Assembly (NCBI RefSeq): GCF_016432865.1
Contig: NC_067401.1
Span: forward strand, 112,654,001 to 112,718,000
DNA from: Antechinus flavipes
Taxonomy: Eukaryota
DNA: 64,000 bases
Direction: 5' to 3'
How positions within the stretch are numbered: position 1 is the first letter of the stretch; each line of letters opens with the position of its first letter. This document shows positions 44,901 through 56,600 of this stretch, in pieces. The notes below the pieces were generated by a model that was given only the letters and a program-made list of their open reading frames with translations, had not been told where the DNA came from and ran no database searches. The translations under genes were made by a program, and so were the position numbers.

Positions 44901-47900
44901 TCTGAAAGGAAAGTTTTGAAGAGGTTAAGATCAGGAAACAGTCCATTAGGAATGGAGATTCACAGTGCACAGAGAAGCAAGTGAGATGCCTTGCACAGAG
45001 GGAGAGCCCTGCAGTGAGTGCCATGAGGATCCCCATCCAGAATAAGCTAGTACTTGCCTCAAGAGAATAGAAGCTGATTTTTGCCCAGAACACTATTAAA
45101 ATTTTTGAGTTTGATCTTGAATTTGGAAAGCACTACATACTACCTGAATATGCTTTGAATTCAATTATCACACATCAAAATCTCTTCAGAGTTCTAAAAT
45201 CTACTTTCAAGTCCTGGATTTTGCTGGTTGTTTTCCCACTTTTGACTAGTTAACTTTACAAATGCTGTAAGGAAATCCTACAGTAAAACCATATATGGAT
45301 CATAGACTTGGAGCTGGAACCTCAAAGGTCATCTGGTCCAAACTTCTTCATTTCACAGATAAGGAAACTGAGACCCTAAAAGATGAATGATTTCAGAGTA
45401 GCAGGGGTAGATTTTTAAAAGTAGGTTATCAGGGTCCAAATTCAACACCCATTTTCCCACTACGCCTTGCTGACATGACTAGTCAGACTGGCAAAATAAT
45501 ACATAAACCAAAAATATTTATTTTCAAACTGGGAATTCTGCTCTCAAAGTATAATATTCATTCATCTTTTGTCAAAATTTAAATTAAATTTAATCTAAAT
45601 GGTAGATAGTTAATTCCTAATCTGATTTTCCTGCTTGAAATGTGGTCCTTTGATTCACTCTCAGGATTACATTTAGAGATTCCTTTCCTTTACCTTAGGA
45701 GGGTATATAAACATTATAAGCACTTGAACCTTAAATTTTATAAATTCATGACCCCATAGGTATTTTCCCAACAGGTACCATTACCAATCATTTTTAGTAC
45801 AAAACAAGCAACTAACCTTAAGTGCTTCCATCTTTAAATCAATATAATTACTACCTTTAAGAACAAATCTGTACTAGGTAGATATGAAGATTCCACAGAT
45901 CCCTCCTTCCAAGAGGAACCCACTGGACTGCAAAAGGTAGCACTTCTCAAGAAAGAAAAATGTCTCCTCACAAATGAGATCAGGTGTAGCCTTGAGAAAA
46001 ACCACAGGCCTTTTCATTCTGTAAAATCACCAAGATTAACACACACAAATCCTTGCCTTAAATTCCCTTGAATAGCAGTCACCTTTGAGCTCCTGTAATC
46101 ATTAAAAATATGCTGGTGATGACCCTCTCAATTTGTATTTTAACAAAGTATATGATTATTTTATGAATTTCCCAGTGGGAAAAGATCAAATTATATATAA
46201 TTTCTGTTTCTAACCCAAAAAGTAGGCTCTGATGCACTATATACCCTATTTATAAGATGAGCCATGACTATAAAGGTCTGTCTACAAATGTTCCTTTTCT
46301 TTAGCGGGACAATACAGGTGTGAGGTCAGGACCCCAATCCACAAGCTCTTTATTTTACATTTATTTATTAACAGCCATACAGGGGTGTTTCAGGTTTTTT
46401 TTTTTGCTGAGGCAATTGGGGTTAAGTGACTTGCCCAGGGTCACATAGCTAGGAAGTGTTAAGTGTCTAAGGACAGATTTGAACTCAGGTCCTCCTGACT
46501 TCAGGGCTAGTGCTCTACCCACTGAGCCACCTGACCCAGGGATTTTTTTCTTACATCAGAAGCCCTAATTGTTTCCTGCTCTATTAGTTCCTAAATATTT
46601 AGCAACAATGTATCAATCAATACCCTGCTTAAGTTTCTGGAGGCAAACTTTCCATATATAGACTTCCACTTTCTTTAAAACCATTCTTTAGAAAGGCCAA
46701 GAGTGTTAGCTCCACGAAGTGTCCTCATATTGAACTGTTTGTACCTACCATCTTTTTTATTTTTAAATGATAAAAAATATTTTAGCCACTCTATGGTAGT
46801 TGAAGCTGAAAGCTTTGTTTATTTTTGGCTGGTGAGCCCAGTGGTTCAGAGTGTGTTATATTTAACTAGCTCTAAGCACAGCCATGCAGTGCTCCCATTT
46901 AAAGTCCTTACAGTTGCATGGCACCGCCCTCCAGACTGCCAGCCACAGCTTGGACATATCCTTCCACAGCCACTCGCCGGACTTGCAAACATAGTCTATG
47001 AATAATAAAGAGCAGGTTTTACTTCAGACCTAGTTGTGGAAATATGGATTGTGCCTTATTGGAAATTTGGATAGAAAACCATAACCTTCTCTAATCATGT
47101 ATTCAGACTTCTTGTTTTCTTCGAGATATACAGGGTTATTTTGAGAAGTGGCTTTCTTCCACTAGATCTAAAACCACTTTTTTCCCTCAAGTTTCTTAGC
47201 GTTGTCAATATAAATAAATGAAGACTATACAAAATTTCTAGAGAAATATAAAGCTTATTTTCTTAACTTTTAAGTCATTTAATAATACCTCTATACCAAT
47301 TAAAGAATAAAAGGGAGCTATGAGATGCCAAGAAATTCAATTGGTATGTTTCTTGAGAAAATCCTAGAAAATAGAAAAGGTTAAAAAACACTAGTACCTA
47401 TAACATGATCCAGGCCACACTAAACTGCAACCTCCCTCTGAAGAGAAAGGCAGTCGGTTACTTATTCGTACTTTTCAACCAAAATAAAATGCTCTGAATT
47501 TTTTCCCCCTCCAAAAAATCCTCAGCTCTTACCCTGAGCCACCTTGTTACTACAATCCACCATATCCTGCACAGCCATCAGTAGGGCTGCCTGACAGGCA
47601 TCATCAGCTGCCTCTGGAGGATTGTGACCTACTCTCTCACCTGCTTAAGTTTCAATGCTGCCTGGACAGAGGGTCTATTCTCCATCTGCTGGGCCAGTCT
47701 TCTGTTTCTGGCACTGGCTAGCTGCTGTTGCTGCTGCATCGTAGCCCGAATATTCACTGGCATCGGCTGTTTGTTCTTCAGCATATTAGTAAAGCTTCAA
47801 GGTCGAACAAAATGGGTGTTTAAATAAAAGCTTTATTACAAAACATTTATTGGCATTTTCATGGCTCTCTAGACCAGGAGCTCCAGATCCCACGAACTTT

Positions 47901-49943
47901 ATGTAAAGTGGTACGCTTAGATCAAGGCTGATGTGGGTCAAGGACTCCTCTGTTTCCACAAACGTGCAAGAATCAGAAACTTAGAAATGCAGGTAAGTGC
48001 AGTACATTCATTCAAAAGTGATAACAAGGGCTTAGGTTACTGCTTTTAGAAAAGTGGAAGGAATGAAAAACACGTAATAAGCAGATATGGTGATGGCAGG
48101 AAACAGAAGATGTTACAGAGAATCAGAAAAGGACAAAACAAATACCCTGAGGTGGGGTAAATCAGGTAAGTAATTTTAGAGGCAATAGTCAGAAGTGCAC
48201 CTTATGGGTGAATGTGGAGCAGTTAACAGCACTCTCAAAAGTCCATGGAAATGATGCCTCCATGTCAATAGAGGAGGATAACAAGTTTTCCATTGTCTGT
48301 CAATCTAGTCACATGTAAAGAACGGCCATAAAATTTTATAATCTCACCACATGCCATGAATTAAGACAAAAACTTAGGATACGTAATCAAAATTTTTTCT
48401 TTTAAGGGAGAACCCCTGCACTTGTGATTTCATCAATCTAGGAAACCTCGAGTGAGAAAAATCCCTTTACCAAATACCAGAGTGGTACTTGCTCTGAGAT
48501 TCAGGATTATGGAGATCTCAAAGGCCAAGCTAGTTAAACGGTCTCATTTTATAGAGGAAGAAATGGAGCCAACATAGGATAATTAGTGATTTGCTCAAGG
48601 TCACACATTTACTAAGCATCTGAAGTGAGATTTGAAATGAGATCGCTCTTGAGTTTAAGTCAGACCTCTTATACACAACATCTTACAGTTGTTTGGGAGC
48701 CTCAGGGTTACATGACCTAAGGTCACACAACTAAGACTTTCTGGACTTTGAGATGGCCTTTCTATCCACCCAGACCCAGATGGGTCTTTATGTTCAACAT
48801 TTTTCTTTTTTTTTCCTAGCCTGGATTTAACAATTCCATTGGTATAGAGAGCTATCAGTAAGAAGACTCCCTCTCCTAAGACAGATTTACTCCTGCTTTA
48901 ACTTAAATAAGTCTTAGGAGAATTATGTGGGAGCACTGAAATTAAGTTAGTTGCCCAAGGTCACAGAACCAGAAGGCAAGACCAAACTTGGATCTTTTTG
49001 ACCCCACAGTGTTTGCTATTTCCTATATTATGTTTGCATCTCATGGCACATTTAGTTTAACTACAGTTTTTAAAAAAAATCTTTACTAGTTTGCTATGTC
49101 CCTATCTACGTTCTATTTAATTAAAAGGAACTATATAAAAAATCTTCACGGAGATTTTTATGGTATTACATTTTAACAGCTTTACTTTCCTGGATTTAGC
49201 TGGCATCCCTTCTAATAACCCCAAGTGAGACTTCTTGGAAAAAGTCATGCATTAGAATAACAACTTAGATTAAGAATGTGATGACACTCCAAAGAGTCTC
49301 ATCTATGAAAGCTCAATGGAACAGAAGAACATTTTAACAGAGAAAAAGGAAAAACAAAACCTAAAGCAGTATTGAAAGATGCAGAGATGAAGCAAAGAGA
49401 GTGCCTCTTACAAGGCCCAAGAACAGCATTCAAGGGCCTTTGGGCGGAGTTTTGGCCTGCTACCTGCCTCTTACAGGCCTGACTCTAATCCTGTCGGCCT
49501 TGGACTGGGCAGCAAGCCTCCTACAGCCAGGGTAACATGCTACCGTGCTGCAGCATCCCCTATATCAATGTAAAAAACATGAAGAAAAAGGGAGGGTGTG
49601 ACGTGTTTTAATTTAAAACACATCCCACCAGATTAACGGCTCAAATACTTTAAGGTAAACAGCTACTGATAATGGGTTTTGAAACATTGCCCAATTTGTT
49701 TTGCGTACCACATATGCAGCAACTTAAGAACAGAGGTCTTTAGCCTTCTGTTGATATTTAAGTTAGCTTTAACTTAAAACTGGGCAGAAACCAAGATGGT
49801 TTTAGTATATTGGACCCCGGGGCCAATTTAAGTAAAGTTTTCTTATGTAGGAGTTGAAGTTTCTGTTGGCTGCCTCACCGCTCATTTAGAGACATCTTGG
49901 TGGTGCTTTTTAGCACAACTTTCGGAGCTGACTGTGCAGCCAT
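41971..49943 (-). CDS. CHTOP: Chromatin target of PRMT1, complete, 247 aa (248 with proximal NAGNAG acceptor)
   Basis: Coding exons 49943-49879 (exon 2 starts at 49960), 47794-47641, 44898(44901)-44715, 44007-43870, 42173-41971. [31 protein letters not shown]...RG/RGG-rich...[38 protein letters not shown]. Confidence 0.97.
46395..46533 (-). mobile_element. WSINE1-type SINE in CHTOP intron 3
   Basis: Near-identical to 31935-32079 copy, with T-run tail. Confidence 0.85.
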
Positions 49944-50339
49944 CTTCAAATCCCGGGAATCTGTAAAGCAAGAGAGAAAAGATGACGTCTTCCATCCTTA
50001 TAAAGGCCAGGCACAACCTGCAGTTAGAATAGCCATTATCTTGCCAACTTAAAGTATGGAGAGTGCACGATAAGAGCCAGGAGCTCAGTCCTCCCAACAA
50101 AGTTGCTATGTGTAGCTGGTCTGCCTAAAGCCACCCCCAAAGAAAAGCCACTAACGACAGGGCCGGCAGGTTGAAGCCTGGTCCCAGGACTGGCTGGATA
50201 CCCACTGTGTTTCATTCTTATTTTACTCTATTTTCTGGGGGAGGGAAACAGCCTTGCCTCGAAGATGGCATCCCTTGGATGTCCTTTATGTAAAACCCTC
50301 AAATTTCCTCAGGATCCCCAGGATCTCTTCCTTTCGTCT

Positions 50340-51600
50340 CCATGGAGCCCCGGGACCCCCAAGCCGACCCCCTATTTATTCAAGTTCCGCTAACGCCAAT
50401 GAACCCACTCGTTAGCCTGGAAGCATACAGTAGACTTTTCCCCCGTGGTCTGAGGCCTAAACCTCTGGCCTGCCTTTCGTCCTCCTCCGCTCCCAGCCCC
50501 CAGGGGCCCTTTCTCTACATCTCCTCGCCCCATCCTCCGTCATTCCTCGGGTGCTCCTCCCTTCTCCCCAAGCCCGGCCTCTAGAGGCTCGAGGTCCTCC
50601 TCACATGTTCTTTTCCCCCTCCTCCTCCTCCTCCTCCTCTTTCCTCGCTCGCCCCCTCAGCCGGTCTCCTCCCCCACGAGGTCGTCTTTACTCACCCCAG
50701 CCCGTCGCCCCGCCCCCGCAGCGCTTCCCAGTCACGTGCTAGGTGCCCCCTCCCCCTATTCCGCGGACGCTCCTCCTTCCCCTTCCCCCACTTCGGTCAT
50801 CCCACAATTCTCCCTACCTTACCCCTTCCTCTTCAAGACCACCCCTCTGCAAAGGTTTTTCTTCACCCCTCCCCCAATCCTGGCCCTATGCCCGGCCGCG
50901 CACGCGTGCACTCACCAAAGGACACGGACGCCAGCGCTCCGCCGGGGGCCGCCGATGCCACTGCGGTTGCGGTTGTGGGGCCGGAGACCGGCCACGCTAG
51001 GTTTATCTGGGACGGGTGGAGGCGCTGGGCTGAGACGGAGGGGTAGTTATTCGCTTGCGTGACGGGTTGGCTGTTGGGTCCTCGCGTCCGTTCTTCTTTC
51101 AGTCCGCCCTCTCGTCCACAGCCGCCACCAACTCCCACTTGGCGACCCGAACAAAATGGCCGCCGCGCTCAGAGCCTAACGGCGCTGGCCAAAATGGCGC
51201 CGCCGCGTCGACGTTGACGTAAAGCTCGCGCACGTCGCGAGGAGGCGGGGCTTTGTCTCCGCTCCTCCCCGGTGTAGTTGCTAACACGTGCGTTCCCCGG
51301 GGGTGAGGTCTGCTGAGTGACTACTTGTTGTCTTTGCGGAGTTAGATTTTGCGTGCCTCCCCAGCGGGCATTTGTAGTGTACCCTGAAGGTCTAATGCCG
51401 GTCAAACCCCGAAATTCTGCGCTCTGGCAGCCACTTACTCCCCGTGCATTTCCAACCACTGACCCAGGCCGGGAGCAGATGGCGGCAGTAAGCCTGGTCC
51501 TGCACTGTGCCATGCCCGCCCTTCCCACTGCCCAAACCGGGCCTGGCCGAGCCTGCCTTATCCCATTCCTGGGCGCCTGGCGCGGGACCAGCACCAAACT
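50340..51600 (-). promoter_or_regulatory. CHTOP CpG-island promoter and non-coding exon 1 (likely ~51230 to 50916)
   Basis: High CpG content; YY1-like CAAAATGGCCGCC 51152-51164 and CAAAATGGCGCC 51190-51201; TGACGTAA 51215-51222; minus-strand donors TTG|GTGAGT at 50915 and GGG|GTGAGT at 50695; CACGTG near 50733. Confidence 0.7.
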
Positions 51601-52376
51601 GGGGCTCCCTCCAAAAGGTGGAGTATTGGGCGCTCTCAAGCCTGGACCTTCACAACCAGCCCCTTCTTTTCCCTGGACGCACTTTCCTCATGAGTTGGAC
51701 CAAGACTCCTACCCTAGGGTCCATAACTGGTTTTTAAAAATACTTTGATAACTTTCAATAGAAATTTTTTTTTTGGTAATCTTAGGCATTTTATTCACTT
51801 AAAAGTATTCTGAGGAGAGGGTCTATAAACTTGACGAATCAACCGCATTTATTAAGCGCGCGTCAACATTGCCAAACGTGTCCCCGACGCATGAAAAGTT
51901 AATAAAAAGAACTCCTGGATTAAAAATGTTTTAAAAGCCTCAGTTCTTGATTCTATTTATCCTAAATAAATTATGCACTTGCCCCCTCCTCACCGGTTTC
52001 AGTGGAATACCTCATTAGCACCTTCTGAACCTTGATTACATCCTGATGAGATGGAGGGAGAATCAGATGCTTTGATCAGCTCTCCTTACCTGATTTCTCT
52101 TAGAATCCTAGTCTTTTTTTTTTCTAAATATAGTTCCTCCCCTTCCCATCTTTCAAAGGCGGAGAATGAGGTACGCTGGGATTGTGGTATACAATTCTAA
52201 CCCTCCCCCATCTGTTTGGAACCCCAAATACCCGGTCCCCTGATCCCTGGAGCAGCCTGGAAACAGGAGTTTTCAGGGGAGTCACGACCCCTTCCAGTGA
52301 TTGCAGGGAGAGTTAACACCTCTTCTTCACCAAGTCCCAAAGGAGACAGACACCATAGCTTATTGGGAGATGAGCC

Positions 52377-52382
52377 TTTAAT
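52377..52382 (-). promoter_or_regulatory. Probable S100A1 polyadenylation signal ATTAAA
   Basis: Minus strand CATTATTCATTAAAGGCTC ~150 nt after the stop. Confidence 0.6.
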
Positions 52383-52529
52383 GAATAATGGAGCAGTATT
52401 CCTCAAATGCTATGGCCAAGCCGGGGGGAGTCTGAGGGTAGAGGGAGGGCTAAAGTGGAGAGGGAAGGAGGGAAAGGGGGGCAGGGAGGGGGTTGGGTTA
52501 TTGGTGCTGGCCAGGGCTGGGCTGCTTGC

Positions 52530-53664
52530 TCAACTGTTCTCCCAGAAGAAGTTGTTGCAGGCCACGGTGAGTGCAGCCACCAGCACCACATACTCCTGGA
52601 AGTCAACTTCACCATCCCCGTTCTCATCCAGCTCCTTCATCACCTTGTCCACTGCGTCTGCATCCTTCTGGGTCTAGAATAAGAGACAAGGGGGTTTGTT
52701 TTAGAGGGCTGGGAAGGCTGTAGAAGCCATGAAGAAAGAATTGGGGAGGAATGAGAGGATGGAAGGGTGGGGAACCTGAACCAGATTATGGAGGGTGACT
52801 AAGAGGAAGGTGAAAGAAATTGGGAGTAAAAAGGAAGAGCCAAGTACATTGAAATTTAGAGGGGCAAGGGATGGAGGTGTGAATGGAATGGGAAGGGGAA
52901 ACTGGTCTGAACTGGAACTTGGACTACTTTGTATCTTCATGTGTTGGAATCTTTACAAACTGTTAAGTCACTAGAGTTGATAGAGATAATAATTATCTAA
53001 TTTAGCATGGTTCAGTATCCTTGATCTGATCTTACAAGGAAATGTTTTGGGCCAGAACCCGAAACAAGGTACTAAGTAGAACTAATTGATACAATGCTTA
53101 TGTTCACACCTTTACTCGTTGGAGTTCACAAGTATGAGAGATTCACAAAGTTCATGTATTTCATGGGACCCATTTAAAGAGTGTGAACTCAAGAACTGGG
53201 CAAGGGGATTCATCTTTAGGTTCATCAGTGCCTATCATAGTACTGTGCACATAATTTACCCTTAAATATTTGCTGAAATGATTGAAATTAAAAGATTTTG
53301 GGACTAATTAATTAATATAATTAATAAATTACTTAATTTAAATTAAATTAAGAACTTTCAAGAGTTAAAGAAGCTGGTATGGGGATGGAGAACATGATAG
53401 AAGGGAAATGTAGAAGTCACTGGGAAAGGTAGGTGCTTCCCATTCAGTCTTGAGTCCAGTAGCTGGCTCCCAGGCCAGGAGCCCTAGGGAACTCCCCCAC
53501 CGCCTCAGCCAGCAAACACTCACATCCAGGAAGCCAGAAAGCTCAGCTTGCAGCAGCTCCTTCAGCTCCTTCTTGCTCAGTTTATATTTATCACCTTCCT
53601 TGCCAGAGTGGGCGTGGAATACGTTGATGAGGGATTCCATGGCAGTCTCCAGCTCCGAGCCCAT
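52530..53664 (-). CDS. S100A1: Protein S100-A1, complete, 94 aa
   Basis: Exons 53664-53524 (141) and 52673-52530 (144). [94 protein letters not shown]; pseudo- and canonical EF-hands intact. Acceptor of exon 2 at 53678-53679. Confidence 0.98.
52942..53195 (+). mobile_element. Possible short LTR-like element in S100A1 intron 2
   Basis: Begins TGTTGGAATCTTTACAAACTGTTAAGTCACTAGAGTTGATAGAG, resembling a dasyurid LTR as recalled; no TSD resolved. Confidence 0.35.
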
Positions 53665-56600
53665 GGCTGCAACACACCTATCTCCCCGCACCCCCCACCA
53701 GGCCAAACCAGGGTGAGGTTGGGGGGACAGGGGTCAAAGCCAAGGGCTGTCAGAAAGAAAAGAGCCCTGGGCTCTTAAAACTCTTGTTTTATAATTCATA
53801 TACAGATAATTTGGACTCCATCCTTCATGACGTGGATTCCATACTCTAGGACCATATTCAAGATTATTAATTATTTATCCTTTTAATTGACATATTACAT
53901 GCTCATTTATTATTCTTAGAAGACAAAAATGGATTAATTCAACATTACTCTTAGAACATCATAGGCCTATGACCTGTAAAGGATCATAGGATGAAGTCTA
54001 ATTCCCTAATTTTATAGATGAGTAAACTGAGGACTAGCAAGCAGAAATGACTTGCCCAAGATTATATATTTGTTTAGTACAAAACTGAGGCTAGAACCTA
54101 AATTTCCCGGGCTTCTTTCTAGCACACATTTTGCTCCCTCTCCCCATGGTTTAAAAACTAAAATAAAAATTCAGAGAAAGAAGAAGAGGTCAAAGGTAGG
54201 CAGTTACTGGAAGGAAAGAGACAGGGCCGGAGGTAGGGACAGAGTAAGGAGTAGGGGGGAGGTTTAAGAGCAGGAGCTGAGGGAGTAGAGAGGGGGCACT
54301 GTGGGTATCCTAGAGATCGAATATTAATGGAAAATGGCAGCACCAGAGAGCAAGAGGAATTCAACAGTGGATGGACAAAAAGGGCATCTTGCTCACTGGG
54401 CAGCTGCCCCTGGGAATGAGGGTGGGTCTTAGGAATGGACAAATCTTTCTCTGTGCTATTTTTATCACAGGTCTAGCCTGTCCTGCCCAGGCTGGAGTGT
54501 TTCTTCTACACTAGCCCTGCTCTCCTTACACTGAGAACAAATGGGGGTAGGGATGAAGGGCCACTTTTGTAGTGTCATATTCATTTCTTATGTTGGATCT
54601 CCCTAAATTCTCCCTCTGCCCAGAGGTTCTCAGCTCCTTAGTCTCATCACTCTGAATTTTATAGTATAGTCCCTTCTTTTAATTCCTTTGCCTTCTTATA
54701 CCCACCTTCTATGCTTTAGAATCTGTCAGAAGTCTGTCTTGAGAATCAACTCTTTCTAATCAGACCTGGATGGTGAGAATGGAGAAAGAAATACTTGATC
54801 CTTCTCCTCTGGACCTGGGCTCTGTTCTGGGGGTCCAAGTTCAAGCTTCACTCCCTCACCAGCAGCTTAAATTGGAGAAGCGGAAGAGTAGATGGGAGTG
54901 TATGCTGGGGCGATCAGAAATCACCGGCAGCCTCAAGTTTGTCTCAAGCCAAGTATAAGAAATTAGAGAAGAGGAAGGAGGATGAGGTGTGAGGTTATTG
55001 GGGGGTATGACATTAGAGGGGGGTTTTAAAACCTAGGACACTCCTTTGCTCTGGGAGTAAACAGCATCATTTCCCCCTCCCCTTCACCCTCATCCTCTGA
55101 GGGGATCTCAGGTGTCCTAGATCAGGTATCTCTCACCTTTCTCCCCAGGACTGGGGGGGATGGACAATGGGTCCTATCAGGTGACACTCCAGCTCCTCAA
55201 TGGATCCCTTGTGAGTGTCACCCGAACTTTGGACATGAGAGGTGGTTGTTACAGAGACCAAGGAGAGGGGAGGGTGTATGGAATGGGAACCTGAAGCCTG
55301 GGTCTGATGGGGGGATAAGGGGAAAGGGAGGGCTGACCTATCCTATTACCAGTCCCATCACTGATCACTGATGTGAAGGTCCCGAGGAGCCAAGGGAACC
55401 TTGGGTTTCCCCCACAAACATGCCTGTGGACCCTTTGGGAAACCCTGGAGCGTACAGAGTGATATATGGTGGAATCAGCTCAGTAGAGTCTTTCTTGAGG
55501 ATAGAGTCGAAAAATGCCAGAGGGAGAGGGGAAAAAGTAAGGAATTAGGAATAAAAGAGAAGAGAGGAAAGAAGGCAATGGGTTACAGAATAGAGAGGAA
55601 GGTGAGTGGGGCACCCTTCCTAGAATCCCCCACCCCCCATCTTGGTGCCCACTCTTAGAAGCTGTTCATCTATGGTTCTTGCATGTTATTAGGGGGTTAA
55701 ACTTGGAGTGAAGGAATAGTCCTCCTATTTTGGAGTCTCAGCCTCCCCTTTCTCCTGTCTCCCCTAACCCCTGCTCCTCCAGAACCCTTGGGGGTTGAAG
55801 AAAGCCTGGGCTTGGGAACAGCTGTCCAGTTAAAACTTATCTATCGTCTACTTGGCTCATGCCAGAACCACTTTACCCCCAGAGAAAGCAGGGTAAAGGC
55901 CTCAACCCTTACTCTCAAACCCAGGAAAGAGATGAAGCCCTAAGGATTGAGGGGGCAATCTTGGGGATTCCACAGCCAAAAGGGAGTCATTCTATAAGGA
56001 AGGGGTTACATTGACCATTTCAGCCCCCAGGTAACTCAGTCCTCCCTCCATGGATGGCTCCTTCGGATTCTTTACTCAGTCCCCAAATCCTCTGTTGCTC
56101 ACTAGTAGCCCCCTTCAACTGAGCACCATTCTCAGACTCTTGAAGACCACCATCCCCCTTATAATTAGCACACCTTCTGTACCCCAAAAAGCAGAATACT
56201 CACGGGTGGGTTCGGGGCTGAAGGGGGAGCAGATGAGAGGGACGTAGCTATGTGTCCTGTGACCAGAGTCGGTGTGGGGAGAGCTCACTTCAGGAGTTCT
56301 TCTCCCCACTCTGGACACCCCCTCCTACCTCTAGCTCCACCCCCTCATCGGGCTGACAGCCAGTGGGGCAAGCAGCCAGCTAACAGACAGAAGCGCCCTC
56401 TGTCTCCAGGGCTGGGACAAACTGGCCCTGTTTTACCTCCTCCCCCAGGTCTGGGTCTTTAACACTCCTTTCTCCACATGCATGCTAGCAATCTACGGGG
56501 GTCTGAGTTGATGTTGACGCTAACTCAGCCCTGGCACAGGACAGAGAGGGCAAGGGAGGATAAAGCAGTGGGGAGAGAAAGAAAGGTAAGATCTGAGACC

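Noticed and set aside
44584-45093. 169-aa ORF
   Set aside because: CHTOP exon 4 plus read-through into flanking introns.
50342-51748. Cluster of 60-156 aa ORFs at the CHTOP promoter
   Set aside because: GC-rich shadow frames; the ATGGC motifs there are better explained as YY1 sites.
51835-51895. CpG-rich element with TTTATTAAGCGC at the island edge
   Set aside because: Looks like a LINE-2 tail retaining CpGs in unmethylated chromatin, not an RNA gene.
56284-56440. Candidate S100A1 non-coding exon 1 (donor GAA|GTGAGC at 56288)
   Set aside because: Plausible, but no TATA or homology support that I can verify; not called as a feature.
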